Assembly (NCBI GenBank): GCA_964507125.1
Contig: CAZDOT010000002.1
Location: 14,863 to 78,862 of the forward strand
DNA: 64,000 bases
Direction of reading: 5' to 3'
Source of the DNA: an uncultured Chitinophagales bacterium
GTDB lineage: Bacteria; Bacteroidota; Bacteroidia; Chitinophagales; JADIYW01
A program made the translations under genes and the position numbers. Within the stretch, counting starts at the first letter, position 1; each line of letters starts with the position of its first letter. The notes beneath the pieces are model-generated. The model had not been told where the DNA came from and did no database searches. It saw only the letters and a program-made list of their open reading frames with translations. Shown piece after piece: positions 41,675 through 52,090 of this stretch.

Positions 41675-43399
41675 ATGAACGGCGGAGAAATCATCGCAAA
41701 AGTATTACAAAACCATGGTGTAAAATATTTATTTACACTCTGTGGCGGACACATCTCACCTATTTTTGTGAGTGCAGAAAAAATTGGAATTCGGGTAGTA
41801 GACACACGACATGAAGTGAATGCTGTATTTGCTGCAGATGCCGTTTCACGTTTAACCGGCGTACCCGGTGTAGCAGCTGTTACGGCAGGTCCGGGCTTAA
41901 CCAACACCATCACGGCTGTAAAAAATGCCTACATGGCACAATCTCCGATGATAGTATTAGGTGGTGGTGCAGCCACAATTTTAAAAGGTCGTGGTTCTTT
42001 ACAAGACATCGATCAAATGAGCCTCATGAAACCTGTGGTGAAATGGGCTGCACGCATTACGAAAGTGAAAGAAATAGTTCCCATTTTTGAAAGAGCCTTT
42101 GCAGTAGCACAAGAAGGTGTTCCGGGTCCTGTATTTATTGAATGTCCAATTGACACACTATACAATGAAGAATTAGTACGTGAATGGTATGGTGCAAAAA
42201 GTAAAGATGTTCCTCCACGCAATATGCAAGAACGAGTGGTACAATGGTATATCAACCGACATGCAAAAAAAATATTTGAAGGAAAAGAAAATATACAATT
42301 TCATCAACCACTTCCATTCACTATTCCAACACATACCGAATCTGATATTAACCAAGTAAAAACGGCATTAAAAAAAGCGAAAAATCCTTTATTAATCATT
42401 GGTAGTGGTGCATTAATGTTACCTCAAAAAGTGAATGAATTAGCTGCTGCCGTTACACAATTAAACATACCGATGTATTTAAGTGGTATGGCACGTGGTT
42501 TAGTAGGAAAAGATTCTAATTTGCAAATGCGTCATAAAAGAAAAGAAGCTATAAAAGAAGCTGACTTAATTATTTTAGCAGGCGTTCCGAATGATTTCCG
42601 ATTAGAATATGGAAATCATATTGGACATCGTCCATTTGTTTCTATTAATCGTAGTACGGAAGATTTATTTAAAAATAAAAAACCAACTATCGGAATTCAT
42701 GCTGATCCACAAAATTTCTTGATTGAATTGGCTACAAAATATCAAGCAGAAACAAAAGATTGGGTACAAAAATTACGCGACCGTGACAATCAACGTGAAG
42801 CTGCAATTGATGCACAAGCAAAAGACAAACTCAATGGAATGAATCCGATTGAATTGTTTAGAGCATTAGATAAAATTTTAGATGATAATACAGTATTAGT
42901 AGCTGATGGTGGCGATTTTGTTGCAACTGCAGCTTACACTTTAAAACCGAGAGCACCATTATCTTGGTTAGATCCGGGCGTGTTTGGTACATTAGGTGTT
43001 GGTGCCGGATTTGCATTAGGAGCAAAAGTGGTATTTCCGGAAAAAGATATTTGGATTATTTATGGAGATGGAAGTTCCGGCTACAGCTTAGTAGAATACG
43101 ACACATTTGTACGCCATAAATTGCCGGTGATTTCTGTAATCGGAAACGATGCCTGCTGGGCACAGATTGCACGCGATCAAGTAGAATTTTTAAACAGCGA
43201 TTGTGCCATCACCTTAGCACACTCTAATTATGAAATGATAGGCAAGGCATTTGGTGCCGATGGTGAACGGGTGGAAGATATTCCGACAATGGAAAATGCA
43301 GCAAAAGATGCAAAAGCAAAAAGCAGAAAAGGAATTCCTTTCATCATCAATGCCATCATTGGAAAAAGTGAATTTAGAAAAGGTTCTATCTCTATGTAA
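41675..43399 (+). CDS. thiamine-diphosphate enzyme, ILVBL/2-hydroxyacyl-CoA lyase (HACL2)-like
   Basis: [44 protein letters not shown] and the ThDP motif [29 protein letters not shown]. From memory, end-to-end resemblance to animal ILVBL rather than to biosynthetic IlvB. Confidence 0.8.
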   Translation: MNGGEIIAKVLQNHGVKYLFTLCGGHISPIFVSAEKIGIRVVDTRHEVNAVFAADAVSRLTGVPGVAAVTAGPGLTNTITAVKNAYMAQSPMIVLGGGAATILKGRGSLQDIDQMSLMKPVVKWAARITKVKEIVPIFERAFAVAQEGVPGPVFIECPIDTLYNEELVREWYGAKSKDVPPRNMQERVVQWYINRHAKKIFEGKENIQFHQPLPFTIPTHTESDINQVKTALKKAKNPLLIIGSGALMLPQKVNELAAAVTQLNIPMYLSGMARGLVGKDSNLQMRHKRKEAIKEADLIILAGVPNDFRLEYGNHIGHRPFVSINRSTEDLFKNKKPTIGIHADPQNFLIELATKYQAETKDWVQKLRDRDNQREAAIDAQAKDKLNGMNPIELFRALDKILDDNTVLVADGGDFVATAAYTLKPRAPLSWLDPGVFGTLGVGAGFALGAKVVFPEKDIWIIYGDGSSGYSLVEYDTFVRHKLPVISVIGNDACWAQIARDQVEFLNSDCAITLAHSNYEMIGKAFGADGERVEDIPTMENAAKDAKAKSRKGIPFIINAIIGKSEFRKGSISM

Positions 43400-43410
43400 A
43401 ACAAAAAATA

Positions 43411-43962
43411 ATGAAATCAAGCGGACTCATACAAGCAGCATCAACAGCATTATTAGTCATCGATATACAAGAAAAACTAATGCCTGTAGTGCAAGATAAA
43501 GAGCAAGTTTTTTTAAACACAAATCGACTTTTAAAAACAGCTCATTTATTAAATATTCCAACGATTATAACGGAACAATATCCCAATGGATTAGGACATA
43601 CATGTACAGATATTGAGATACCCGAAAACTCACAAGTGATAGAAAAAATTTGCTTCAGTTGCATACAATCGCAACAAGTAATGGAAACCTTGCAAAGAAG
43701 CAATATCAAATCTTTGATTATTTGTGGTGTTGAATCACATATCTGTGTTTTAAAAACAGCATTAGAAGCAATGGATACAGGCTTAGAAGTACATGTTGTA
43801 GCAGATGCTGTTTCATCTAGAACAGCAGAAAATAAGCAAATTGCCTTGGAACGCATGAAACAATCCGGAGCATTTATCGTATCAACAGAAATGATTTTAT
43901 TTCAATTGATTGATAAAGCCGGAACAGATGCCTTTAAGTTTATTAGTAAACTCATAAAATAA
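43411..43962 (+). CDS. isochorismatase-family hydrolase
   Basis: LLVIDIQ (catalytic Asp region) and CGVESHICV (catalytic Cys); 183 aa. Confidence 0.85.
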   Translation: MKSSGLIQAASTALLVIDIQEKLMPVVQDKEQVFLNTNRLLKTAHLLNIPTIITEQYPNGLGHTCTDIEIPENSQVIEKICFSCIQSQQVMETLQRSNIKSLIICGVESHICVLKTALEAMDTGLEVHVVADAVSSRTAENKQIALERMKQSGAFIVSTEMILFQLIDKAGTDAFKFISKLIK

Positions 43963-43971
43963 TATAAGAAC

Positions 43972-45741
43972 ATGGAAGCCTCACGCCTTTTTGATTATCT
44001 AAATTACTATGTAGAGAAGCGGCCGAACAGTCCATTTATAGCAGCAAAAGAAAAGAATCAATGGCGACATTATTCCTTTTTAGAAGTGCAAAATATTGCC
44101 AATAAAGTAAGCCAGTTCTTATTACAATTAGGATTAAAATCCGGTGACACCATTGCACTCATCTCTACCAATCGTCCGGAATGGAATTTTGTAGATTTAG
44201 GAGCACAACAAATTGGTGTCATAGTGGTGCCCATGTATCCAACCATTTCTGAAAAAGATTACGAATACATTTTTAATGATGCGGCAATAAAATACGCGTT
44301 CGTAGGTGATAAAAGCATCTATCAAAAAGTAAAACCATTGTTGGGAAAAGTAAGTGCCTTAAAAGATATTTATACCTTTGAAAAAATTGAACAAGCATAC
44401 GAATTTCAATCAACAATCGCATCTATTGTTGTCGATGAAGCACAATTAAATGCCATCAAAAATAACATTAAAGATGACGACTTAGCCACTATTATCTATA
44501 CTTCTGGGACAACGGGTAATCCAAAAGGTGTTATGCTTTCACACAAAAATATTGTAAGCAATATTAAAAGTATAAAACAAATTGTACCATTTGGAGAAGG
44601 TGAAAAAGCATTGAGTTTTCTACCGCTTTGCCATAGCTTTGAACGAATGGTATTCTTCGGATATTTATCTTTTGGAATTCATGTTCATTACAGCGAAAGC
44701 TTAGAAACGATAGGAGAAAATTTATTAGATGTAAAACCATTTTGTTTTACCACAGTTCCAAGAATGCTTGAAAAAGTGTATGATAAAATTATTGCAAAAG
44801 GCAATGCATTAACCGGCATCAAAAAGAAATTATTTTTCTGGGCAATGGATGTCGGGGCACAATATAAAATTGGAGAAGAAAAAAGTTGGTGGTATCAACA
44901 ACAATTGAATTTAGCACGAAAATTAATCTTCAGTAAATGGAAAGATGCTTTAGGAGGAAATGTGCAATTTATTATTACAGGAGCGGCAGCTATGCAACCT
45001 CGATTAATTACACTCTTTACGGCAGCCGGCATTCAAGTATTAGAAGGTTATGGATTGACAGAAACTTCGCCGGTATTATGTTGTAATCGCGTAGAAGAAA
45101 CAGAAAGAAGTATCGGTACGGTGGGCATGCCTATTCCGGGAGTGCAAATAAAATTTGCAGAAGATGGTGAGATATTAGCGAAAGGCGATAACATTATGCG
45201 TGGCTATTACAACCAACCGGAATTAACTGCCGAAGTAATTGATAAAGACGGTTGGTTTCACACCGGTGATATCGGCACTTGGATAACACAAAACGGACAT
45301 CAATTTTTAAAAATAACGGACAGAAAAAAAGAACTATTTAAAACTGCCGGTGGAAAATACATCGCACCACAAGTGATAGAAAACAAAATGAAAGAGAGTC
45401 CATTTATTGAGCAAATTATGGTGGTGGGCGATGATGAAAAGAAATTTATTGCAGCATTAGTGGTGCCTTCTTTTATGCAAATAGAAGATTGGGCAAAACA
45501 ACATCAATTATCTTTAAAAAATAATTTGGATCTCATTCAACACGAGCAAGTAAATCAACTGATACAACAAGAAATAAAAAAATACAATACATTTTTTGGC
45601 AATTGGGAACAGATAAAAAAATTCACTTTATTACCGGAAGAATGGACCGTAGAAAATGGCGAACTCACCCCAACGATGAAACCAAAACGAAAAATTATTA
45701 ATGAACGCTTTAAAGCTATTATTGATAGCATGTATCAATAA
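43972..45741 (+). CDS. long-chain-fatty-acid--CoA ligase (AMP-dependent synthetase)
   Basis: YTSGTTGNPKGV, GYGLTET, TGDIG; 589 aa. Confidence 0.9.
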   Translation: MEASRLFDYLNYYVEKRPNSPFIAAKEKNQWRHYSFLEVQNIANKVSQFLLQLGLKSGDTIALISTNRPEWNFVDLGAQQIGVIVVPMYPTISEKDYEYIFNDAAIKYAFVGDKSIYQKVKPLLGKVSALKDIYTFEKIEQAYEFQSTIASIVVDEAQLNAIKNNIKDDDLATIIYTSGTTGNPKGVMLSHKNIVSNIKSIKQIVPFGEGEKALSFLPLCHSFERMVFFGYLSFGIHVHYSESLETIGENLLDVKPFCFTTVPRMLEKVYDKIIAKGNALTGIKKKLFFWAMDVGAQYKIGEEKSWWYQQQLNLARKLIFSKWKDALGGNVQFIITGAAAMQPRLITLFTAAGIQVLEGYGLTETSPVLCCNRVEETERSIGTVGMPIPGVQIKFAEDGEILAKGDNIMRGYYNQPELTAEVIDKDGWFHTGDIGTWITQNGHQFLKITDRKKELFKTAGGKYIAPQVIENKMKESPFIEQIMVVGDDEKKFIAALVVPSFMQIEDWAKQHQLSLKNNLDLIQHEQVNQLIQQEIKKYNTFFGNWEQIKKFTLLPEEWTVENGELTPTMKPKRKIINERFKAIIDSMYQ

Positions 45742-45797
45742 TAGCTAAAATAAAAGGAACAGAATTACCCTATTTTTGTGTTACAATGTTTCTGAAT

Positions 45798-45825
45798 CGA
45801 AAGGTGGGCAAATGCCCACCTTTCG
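45798..45825. terminator. 12-bp GC-rich hairpin between convergent genes
   Basis: cgaaaggtgggc-aaat-gcccacctttcg. Confidence 0.6.
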
Positions 45826-45870
45826 TGTATTTGGTATTTTATAATGCTTCCAAACTCGTATATACCTTAT

Positions 45871-46896
45871 TTATTTTCCGGTTACGTATGCATTTTCAAA
45901 GCCTGGAGTTGCTTTTATTTTAGGTAGTATATTCTCAGCTGCTGCACGATTGGCAAAACCAACTAACCATACTACATTCACGCCATTTTCATTTTTGTAA
46001 CTAATGATTTTTCCAAATTCAGAAAGTGGCATAATTTGATCCCATTTTGGCGTAGAGAATGCTCCCAACTGAATAGCTGTTTTGTATTTTGCCAACATCG
46101 CATCACGTGTTTGCATACCTAAATTTTCTACTTTTGTTGTGGTGGCAACAGATGCTGTTGGTTGTTTCGGTGCACTATACGTTGCTTTCTCTTCCATTTT
46201 CATAGACTCCGCTGCTTTGCTTGTTTTTATTGGCATTGCAGACGAATTATCGCCAATAGCACCGTAATCTTCACTTGGCGTAGTTCCACTTGGAGCTGCG
46301 GTAGAATTATCACCAATGGCAGCCAAATCATCTTTTGAAGTAGGTTGCATTTTTGTAGTCGTATTATCTACTAAATCGACCACTTTAAGTGTTTTCAAAT
46401 CTAGTTTTTTGATGATTCCTTTGGAGGAATACGTTAAGGTGTTTTCATTTAATAAACCCGGATTGGTTTCATTGTTTATAGTATTCACCACATCTCCTAA
46501 ATTTTTTGGTTTACTCCATTTTCCATTCGTATATTCAGCCGAATAAATATCTAAACCACCTACACTGCCCGGAAAATTAGAAATGAAGAAAATTTTCTTC
46601 GACTTTCCATTATCCAATAAAGCAGGTTGCCCCACCTTGTATGTTCCTAATAAATCCTTATTCAATGTATAGGCTACCCATTTGTTATCTTTCCATGTAG
46701 CATGCATCACATCAAACATCAAAACCTCTTCTATAGATTTCATTTGCTCCGGAACTTTATATGCCGGCACATCATCAGTATATAGTTCTAAAGTAACCTC
46801 TTGCAAATAAGAATAATCGTTGTGCAGTATTGCCGCAGCGTTAATTCTTCCCACAAAAAACGGCACACAAAAAAGTAAAATAAGTAATTTTTTCAT
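45871..46896 (-). CDS. secreted protein with PD40/TolB-like repeat and C-terminal SPOR domain
   Basis: Signal peptide; SVGGLDIYSAEYTNGKWSKPKNLGDVVN (PD40-like). C-terminus YKTAIQLGAFSTPKW...VWLVGFANRAAAENILPKI is SPOR-like. Confidence 0.65.
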   Translation of the reverse strand: MKKLLILLFCVPFFVGRINAAAILHNDYSYLQEVTLELYTDDVPAYKVPEQMKSIEEVLMFDVMHATWKDNKWVAYTLNKDLLGTYKVGQPALLDNGKSKKIFFISNFPGSVGGLDIYSAEYTNGKWSKPKNLGDVVNTINNETNPGLLNENTLTYSSKGIIKKLDLKTLKVVDLVDNTTTKMQPTSKDDLAAIGDNSTAAPSGTTPSEDYGAIGDNSSAMPIKTSKAAESMKMEEKATYSAPKQPTASVATTTKVENLGMQTRDAMLAKYKTAIQLGAFSTPKWDQIMPLSEFGKIISYKNENGVNVVWLVGFANRAAAENILPKIKATPGFENAYVTGK

Positions 46897-47120
46897 ACGT
46901 AAATATCTCTATCAATTTCAATTAACAAAAGTGCTTTTTAATTACACAAATAATTAGTTTAGTTTTCCACAATCTTGTCATTATTTCTTTCATAACAACT
47001 ATAATGCCAAACGAAAAATTGTAATAATAATTGTAATTTAGACCTTTAATCGCAATTCAGAATTCGATTTTAACTAAATTTTGGGAAATAAAGCGGAATA
47101 CTAAATATAGGATTTGGGGT

Positions 47121-47987
47121 TTGTGCTTGCTTTTAGGAACATCTGTTTCAGCTTTTACAATGGGTGAATTGAGAGTGTCGGGAGCCAGACAAATAGGAAT
47201 GGGATTAAATTCTATTTCTATGATAAATGCATATTCCGTTTACAATAACCAAGCTGCTGGTGCTTATTTAGAACGACCTTCATTTGGTATTTATTATGCA
47301 CCGGTTTTTTTGGGGCAAAATGTCAGCAATATATCTACCGTTATTGCTGTTCCTGTAAAGAAAGGTGGAACGCTCGGGCTTTCGTTTAACTACTTCGGAT
47401 ATAATTTATTCAATGAAAAAAAGCTAGGATTATCCTATTCCATAAAACTAGCTAAATGGGTTTCATTAGGCATGCAACTCGATTATTTGAATACACAAAT
47501 TAGTGGTTACGGTTCCAAAAATTATTTCACTTTTGAGTTAGGTGTATTTTCTAAACCAATTGATGAATTGGCTATTGCATTCCATGTATATAATCCATTA
47601 AAATTATATGTAGATAAAGCAACCGGTGAAAAAGTGCCCACATTATTCCGATTAGGAATCACGTATGAAGCCATCAAAAAATTCTATATTTCTGCACAAA
47701 TAGATAAAGACTTAAAGAATAAACTCATTTTTAGAGCTGGTGCAGAATACACGCTAAAAGATATTGTTTGCTTTCGTGCAGGCGTTGCTACTGATCCTGT
47801 CACAGGAACTTTAGGTGTCGGTGTAATACTAAAGCAAGGTGTGAGTTTTGATGTTGCATTTTCCTATCAAGGAAATCTTGGATTTCAACCGCATTTTGGC
47901 ATCACCTATACACTCAAAAAGCGCGACCCATTGAAAAATTTGGATAAAATGCCAAGTTCTACTTCCACTAATAAAAAGCAAAAATAA
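47121..47987 (+). CDS. outer-membrane beta-barrel protein, possibly PorV/PorQ/FadL-like superfamily
   Basis: GARQIGMGLNSISM...YNNQAAGAYL N-terminal motif, alternating beta-strand pattern, C-terminal aromatic residue. The start codon is uncertain (TTG in the track). Confidence 0.65.
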   Translation: MCLLLGTSVSAFTMGELRVSGARQIGMGLNSISMINAYSVYNNQAAGAYLERPSFGIYYAPVFLGQNVSNISTVIAVPVKKGGTLGLSFNYFGYNLFNEKKLGLSYSIKLAKWVSLGMQLDYLNTQISGYGSKNYFTFELGVFSKPIDELAIAFHVYNPLKLYVDKATGEKVPTLFRLGITYEAIKKFYISAQIDKDLKNKLIFRAGAEYTLKDIVCFRAGVATDPVTGTLGVGVILKQGVSFDVAFSYQGNLGFQPHFGITYTLKKRDPLKNLDKMPSSTSTNKKQK

Positions 47988-48058
47988 CTTCCTAAAGCTT
48001 ACTTATTAAGTTGCTTATTAATAAATTATTTCCCATTTTTTTATAGCTGCTTTATCCG

Positions 48059-48066
48059 TATTTTTG
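48059..48066 (+). promoter_or_regulatory. candidate -7 box (TATTTTTG) immediately upstream of lepA
   Basis: Exact TAnnTTTG match ending 4 nt before the ATG at 48071. No clear -33 TTG. Confidence 0.3.
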
Positions 48067-48070
48067 CGTT

Positions 48071-49861
48071 ATGGATAATATTCGTAATTTTTGTATCATC
48101 GCACATATTGACCACGGTAAAAGTACCTTAGCCGATCGTTTGTTGCAATTAACCAATACCGTTTCTGAAAGAGATTTACAGGCTCAAACCTTAGATGATA
48201 TGGATTTGGAACGCGAGCGTGGCATCACTATAAAAAGTCATGCTATCCAAATGGATTACGAATTTCAAGGCAAAAAATACAATTTCAATTTAATTGACAC
48301 TCCCGGACATGTCGACTTCTCTTACGAAGTGTCTCGTTCCTTGGCAGCTTGTGAAGGTGCTTTATTATTGGTAGATGCAACTCAGGGCATACAAGCACAA
48401 ACTATCTCTAATTTATATTTAGCAATTGAAAATGGGTTAGAAATTATTCCTATCATCAACAAAATTGATATGGATGGTGCTATGGTAGAAGAAGTAAAAG
48501 ACCAAATCGTAGATTTAATTGGATGCAAACACGACGATATTTTAGAAGCTAGCGGAAAAACAGGGTTAGGTGTAGATAAAATATTACCGGCTGTAATAGA
48601 GCGTATTCCGGCACCAAAAGGAAATGAGAGTGAACCGTTGCAAGCATTAATTTTCGACTCTGTATTTAATTCTTTTAGAGGTGTAATAGCCTATTTCCGT
48701 GTATTAAATGGCACCATAAAAAAAGGAGATAAAGTAAAATTTGTCAATACAGGGAAAGAATATCACGCCGATGAAATTGGGATTATGCGCATGACACAAG
48801 AACCTCGAAGTGAAATAAAAGCCGGAGATATTGGCTATATTATTACAGGAATTAAAGTTTCCAGAGAAATTAAAGTGGGTGATACCATTACACACGTAAG
48901 CAGACCTTGCTCAGAAAGTATCAAAGGTTTTGAAGATGTGAAACCGATGGTATTTGCCGGTATTTATCCAATAGATAATGATGACTTTGAAGAGTTACGA
49001 GATTCGTTAGAAAAATTACAACTCAACGATGCTTCGTTGGTTTGGGAACCGGAAACTTCATTGGCATTAGGTTTTGGATTTAGATGTGGTTTCTTAGGAT
49101 TATTGCATTTAGAAATTATCCAAGAACGCTTAGAACGTGAATATGATATGACGATTATCACCACCGTTCCGAACGTAACCTATTTTTGTTACACAAAACA
49201 AGGTGAAAAATTAACCGTAAATAATCCTTCAGATTTACCAGACCCTACTAATATTGATTATGTAGAAGAACCCTTTATAAAGGCACAAGTTATTACCAAA
49301 CCGGAATACGTAGGTGCTATCATGAAATTATGTATGGATAAGCGTGGTATTTTAAAAAACCAAGTGTACTTATCGCCTTCTAAAATAGAATTACAATTTG
49401 AAATGCCATTAGCAGAAATTGTATTTGATTTTTACGATCAATTAAAATCCATTTCGAAAGGCTATGCCAGCTTCGATTATCACATGAGTGATTACCGCGA
49501 AAGTGATTTAGTTAAATTAGATATAAAATTAAATGGCGATAATGTAGATGCTTTCTCAGCATTAATTCATAGAAGTAAGGCGTATCATTTTGGAAGTCGT
49601 TTGTGTGAAAAACTAAAAGAGCTGATTCCACGCCAACAATTCGTCATTGCCATACAAGCTGCCATTGGTGCCAAAATTATTGCTCGTGAAACCATTTCTG
49701 CTATGCGTAAAGATGTAACTGCAAAATGTTATGGTGGTGATATTTCTCGTAAAAGAAAATTATTGGAAAAACAAAAGAAAGGAAAAAAACGTATGCGTCA
49801 AGTCGGCAATGTAGAAGTACCGCAACAAGCATTTATGGCGGTTCTAAAGTTGAATGATTAA
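48071..49861 (+). CDS. lepA: translation elongation factor 4
   Basis: [18 protein letters not shown] and the LepA C-terminal domain; 596 aa. Confidence 0.98.
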   Translation: MDNIRNFCIIAHIDHGKSTLADRLLQLTNTVSERDLQAQTLDDMDLERERGITIKSHAIQMDYEFQGKKYNFNLIDTPGHVDFSYEVSRSLAACEGALLLVDATQGIQAQTISNLYLAIENGLEIIPIINKIDMDGAMVEEVKDQIVDLIGCKHDDILEASGKTGLGVDKILPAVIERIPAPKGNESEPLQALIFDSVFNSFRGVIAYFRVLNGTIKKGDKVKFVNTGKEYHADEIGIMRMTQEPRSEIKAGDIGYIITGIKVSREIKVGDTITHVSRPCSESIKGFEDVKPMVFAGIYPIDNDDFEELRDSLEKLQLNDASLVWEPETSLALGFGFRCGFLGLLHLEIIQERLEREYDMTIITTVPNVTYFCYTKQGEKLTVNNPSDLPDPTNIDYVEEPFIKAQVITKPEYVGAIMKLCMDKRGILKNQVYLSPSKIELQFEMPLAEIVFDFYDQLKSISKGYASFDYHMSDYRESDLVKLDIKLNGDNVDAFSALIHRSKAYHFGSRLCEKLKELIPRQQFVIAIQAAIGAKIIARETISAMRKDVTAKCYGGDISRKRKLLEKQKKGKKRMRQVGNVEVPQQAFMAVLKLND

Positions 49862-49897
49862 TCGCAATCTATATCCTTTTATTATACAACTCATACT

Positions 49898-49925
49898 AAA
49901 TAGGCTCAAAAAAATGAGCCTATTT
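49898..49925 (+). terminator. rho-independent terminator after lepA
   Basis: aaataggctca-aaaaaa-tgagcctattt followed by a T-run. Confidence 0.8.
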
Positions 49926-50043
49926 TTTTATTATTATGCTTTTGTAATCCTGAAAGTTTAACAACTTTTTAAATGTATTTTAAGTACAAAAAGTGGAATT
50001 TTAGAAACATCAAAATTTCACCTATTACTTTCAAATACACAGA

Positions 50044-51939
50044 ATGACCAACTTACCTAAGTCAAACCATACCAGCATTCCCATTTCTATCTCACTTACT
50101 CCGGAATTAGAAAAAGAAAACCACCACGAACAAGACGCCTATCAAAAAAAACGTTTATTTACCATTTCAGCAATTGCCGTTTTTATTGCAGGATGTGTTA
50201 GCATTATTGCTAAATCACTCATCTATTTAATTGATATCATCACGAATATTTCTTTTTATGGAAAATTTTCTGTGGAGAATATCAGTCCTGCCAATAACCA
50301 ACTTGGGCTTTTTGTTATTATTATTCCGGTGATAGGTGGTTTAATTATTGGATGGATGGCATTTTATGGTTCAAAAGCAATTCGTGGACATGGCATACCG
50401 GAAGCGATGGAACAAATACTAACCAACCAAAGCAAAATAAAACCTACTATTACGTATTTAAAACCGTTATCTTCTGCCATCTCCATCGGAACCGGTGGGC
50501 CATTTGGTGCCGAAGGGCCAATTATTGCTACAGGTGGAGCTTTGGGTTCTACTTTAGGTCAGCTATTAAAAATATCGCACCACGAAAGAAAAGTATTATT
50601 AGCAGCCGGAGCCACAGCCGGTATGTCTGCCATATTTGGAACACCCATTGCAGCCATCTTTTTAGCAATAGAATTATTACTTTTTGAATTCTCGCCACGC
50701 TCTTTTATTCCGGTTGCATTAGCCTGCATTACTGGTGCCGCCGGACATCATTTATTGTTCGAGCATGGTGTCGTGTTTCCAATTGCACAAACTATTGCCA
50801 TACCGAGTAATAAAGCCTTATTTTTTTATAGTATGATGGGAATTCTCATTGGATTGCTTTCTGTAGCTGTTACAAAAATGGTGTATTACATAGAAGATTT
50901 ATTTGAGAAACTGCCTATTCATTGGGCTTTGTGGCCGGCAATTGGTGGATTAGCTGTTGGGATTATCGGATATTTTTATCCAAGAACTTTGGGTGTTGGT
51001 TATAACAACATCACCGATGTATTATCAGGTTCCATGGCAACCGAAATCATTTTTACTTTATGTATCATGAAATTTATTTCGTGGGCTATTTCTTTAGGAA
51101 GTGGAACTTCGGGAGGAACATTGGCACCATTGCTCACTATTGGCGGTGCTTTAGGTGCATTACTCGGAATTGGAATTCAACATTTATTTCCAAGTTCCGG
51201 TGTGTCAGTTTCGTTGGCTGCATTAGTAGGAATGTCTGCCATGTTTGCGGGTGCTTCACGTGCGTTTATTACGTCAATTGTTTTTGCATTGGAAAGCACC
51301 GGACAATTTAATGCACTCTTGCCATTATTGGCAACTTGTACTTCATCTTATATTGTTTCTTATTGGATTATGGAAAACACTATAATGACTGAAAAAATTG
51401 CTCGAAGAGGCATTAAAACACCGCATGCATACGAAGCAGATTTATTGAGCAAACTCACCGTAGAGCAAGTAATTGCTGATAGTGGAACAATTATTAGTGA
51501 AAACAACACAATACAAGAAGTACGAAATTGGTTGAGTGCCTCGCCGGAAAACAACACTAATTATTTTATTATATCGGATGATGAAGGTGCTTACAAAGGC
51601 ATTTTGAGTACCTCTAATTTATGGAGTGCACACCATGCTACTGAAAATTTGGTTGGCACATTAATAAAACGTTCGCCATTTTATGTAGCACAACAAGATA
51701 GTTTGCAAACGGCGGTAGAATTAATGGCAAAAGAAAATGTGGATGTACTTCCGGTAGTATTAAATGAAAGCACTCAACTAATTGGGCTTTTAACGTATAG
51801 AGATATTATCTCGTCGTACAAGTATAAAGCGGAAGAAATAGAAAAGAAACAAGCACATATTTCACTAAAACGTAATAGTTTAAAAATTCTTATTCACGGG
51901 CAACGTATGGTGAGCTCTTTAAAAATGGGAAAGAAATAA
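50044..51939 (+). CDS. ClC-family chloride channel/H+-Cl- antiporter with C-terminal CBS pair
   Basis: GHGIPEA, GGPFGAEGP and GTPIAA selectivity motifs; CBS-like C-terminus. Confidence 0.9.
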   Translation: MTNLPKSNHTSIPISISLTPELEKENHHEQDAYQKKRLFTISAIAVFIAGCVSIIAKSLIYLIDIITNISFYGKFSVENISPANNQLGLFVIIIPVIGGLIIGWMAFYGSKAIRGHGIPEAMEQILTNQSKIKPTITYLKPLSSAISIGTGGPFGAEGPIIATGGALGSTLGQLLKISHHERKVLLAAGATAGMSAIFGTPIAAIFLAIELLLFEFSPRSFIPVALACITGAAGHHLLFEHGVVFPIAQTIAIPSNKALFFYSMMGILIGLLSVAVTKMVYYIEDLFEKLPIHWALWPAIGGLAVGIIGYFYPRTLGVGYNNITDVLSGSMATEIIFTLCIMKFISWAISLGSGTSGGTLAPLLTIGGALGALLGIGIQHLFPSSGVSVSLAALVGMSAMFAGASRAFITSIVFALESTGQFNALLPLLATCTSSYIVSYWIMENTIMTEKIARRGIKTPHAYEADLLSKLTVEQVIADSGTIISENNTIQEVRNWLSASPENNTNYFIISDDEGAYKGILSTSNLWSAHHATENLVGTLIKRSPFYVAQQDSLQTAVELMAKENVDVLPVVLNESTQLIGLLTYRDIISSYKYKAEEIEKKQAHISLKRNSLKILIHGQRMVSSLKMGKK

Positions 51940-51956
51940 ATATTGTTTTGCGTGAA

Positions 51957-52060
51957 GGATGGAAGCGGACATACTTTTTTTTGAGTGTGGATTTGCAGCA
52001 TGGCAAAAAAAGATGGTAGCGGACAGCCTGACGGTGTGCGTGGATTTGTAGTGTGGCAAC
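51957..52060. repeat. two-copy tandem direct repeat (period 53-54 bp), GC-richer than its surroundings
   Basis: Block 1: ggatggaagcggaca vs agatggtagcggaca (13/15). Block 2: gtggatttgcagcatggcaa vs gtggatttgtagtgtggcaa (17/20). Spacing is the same in both copies. Confidence 0.6.
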
Positions 52061-52090
52061 CGGCACGCCCAAATAAAAAAGACTATTAAA

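Noticed and set aside
41675-43399. Annotating the ThDP enzyme as biosynthetic acetolactate synthase (ilvB).
   Set aside because: No ilvN, ilvC or ilvD genes are in context. The sequence resembles ILVBL/HACL2-type proteins from end to end, and its neighbours are an acyl-CoA synthetase and a hydrolase.
51959-52051. 30-codon ORF MEADILFFECGFAAWQKKMVADSLTVCVDL covering the tandem repeat, considered as a repeat-containing micropeptide.
   Set aside because: The second conserved block is in a different frame in the two repeat copies (period 53 versus 54), so conservation is not at the peptide level. The two longer minus-strand ORFs across this region (51890-52072 and 51919-52272) look equally spurious.
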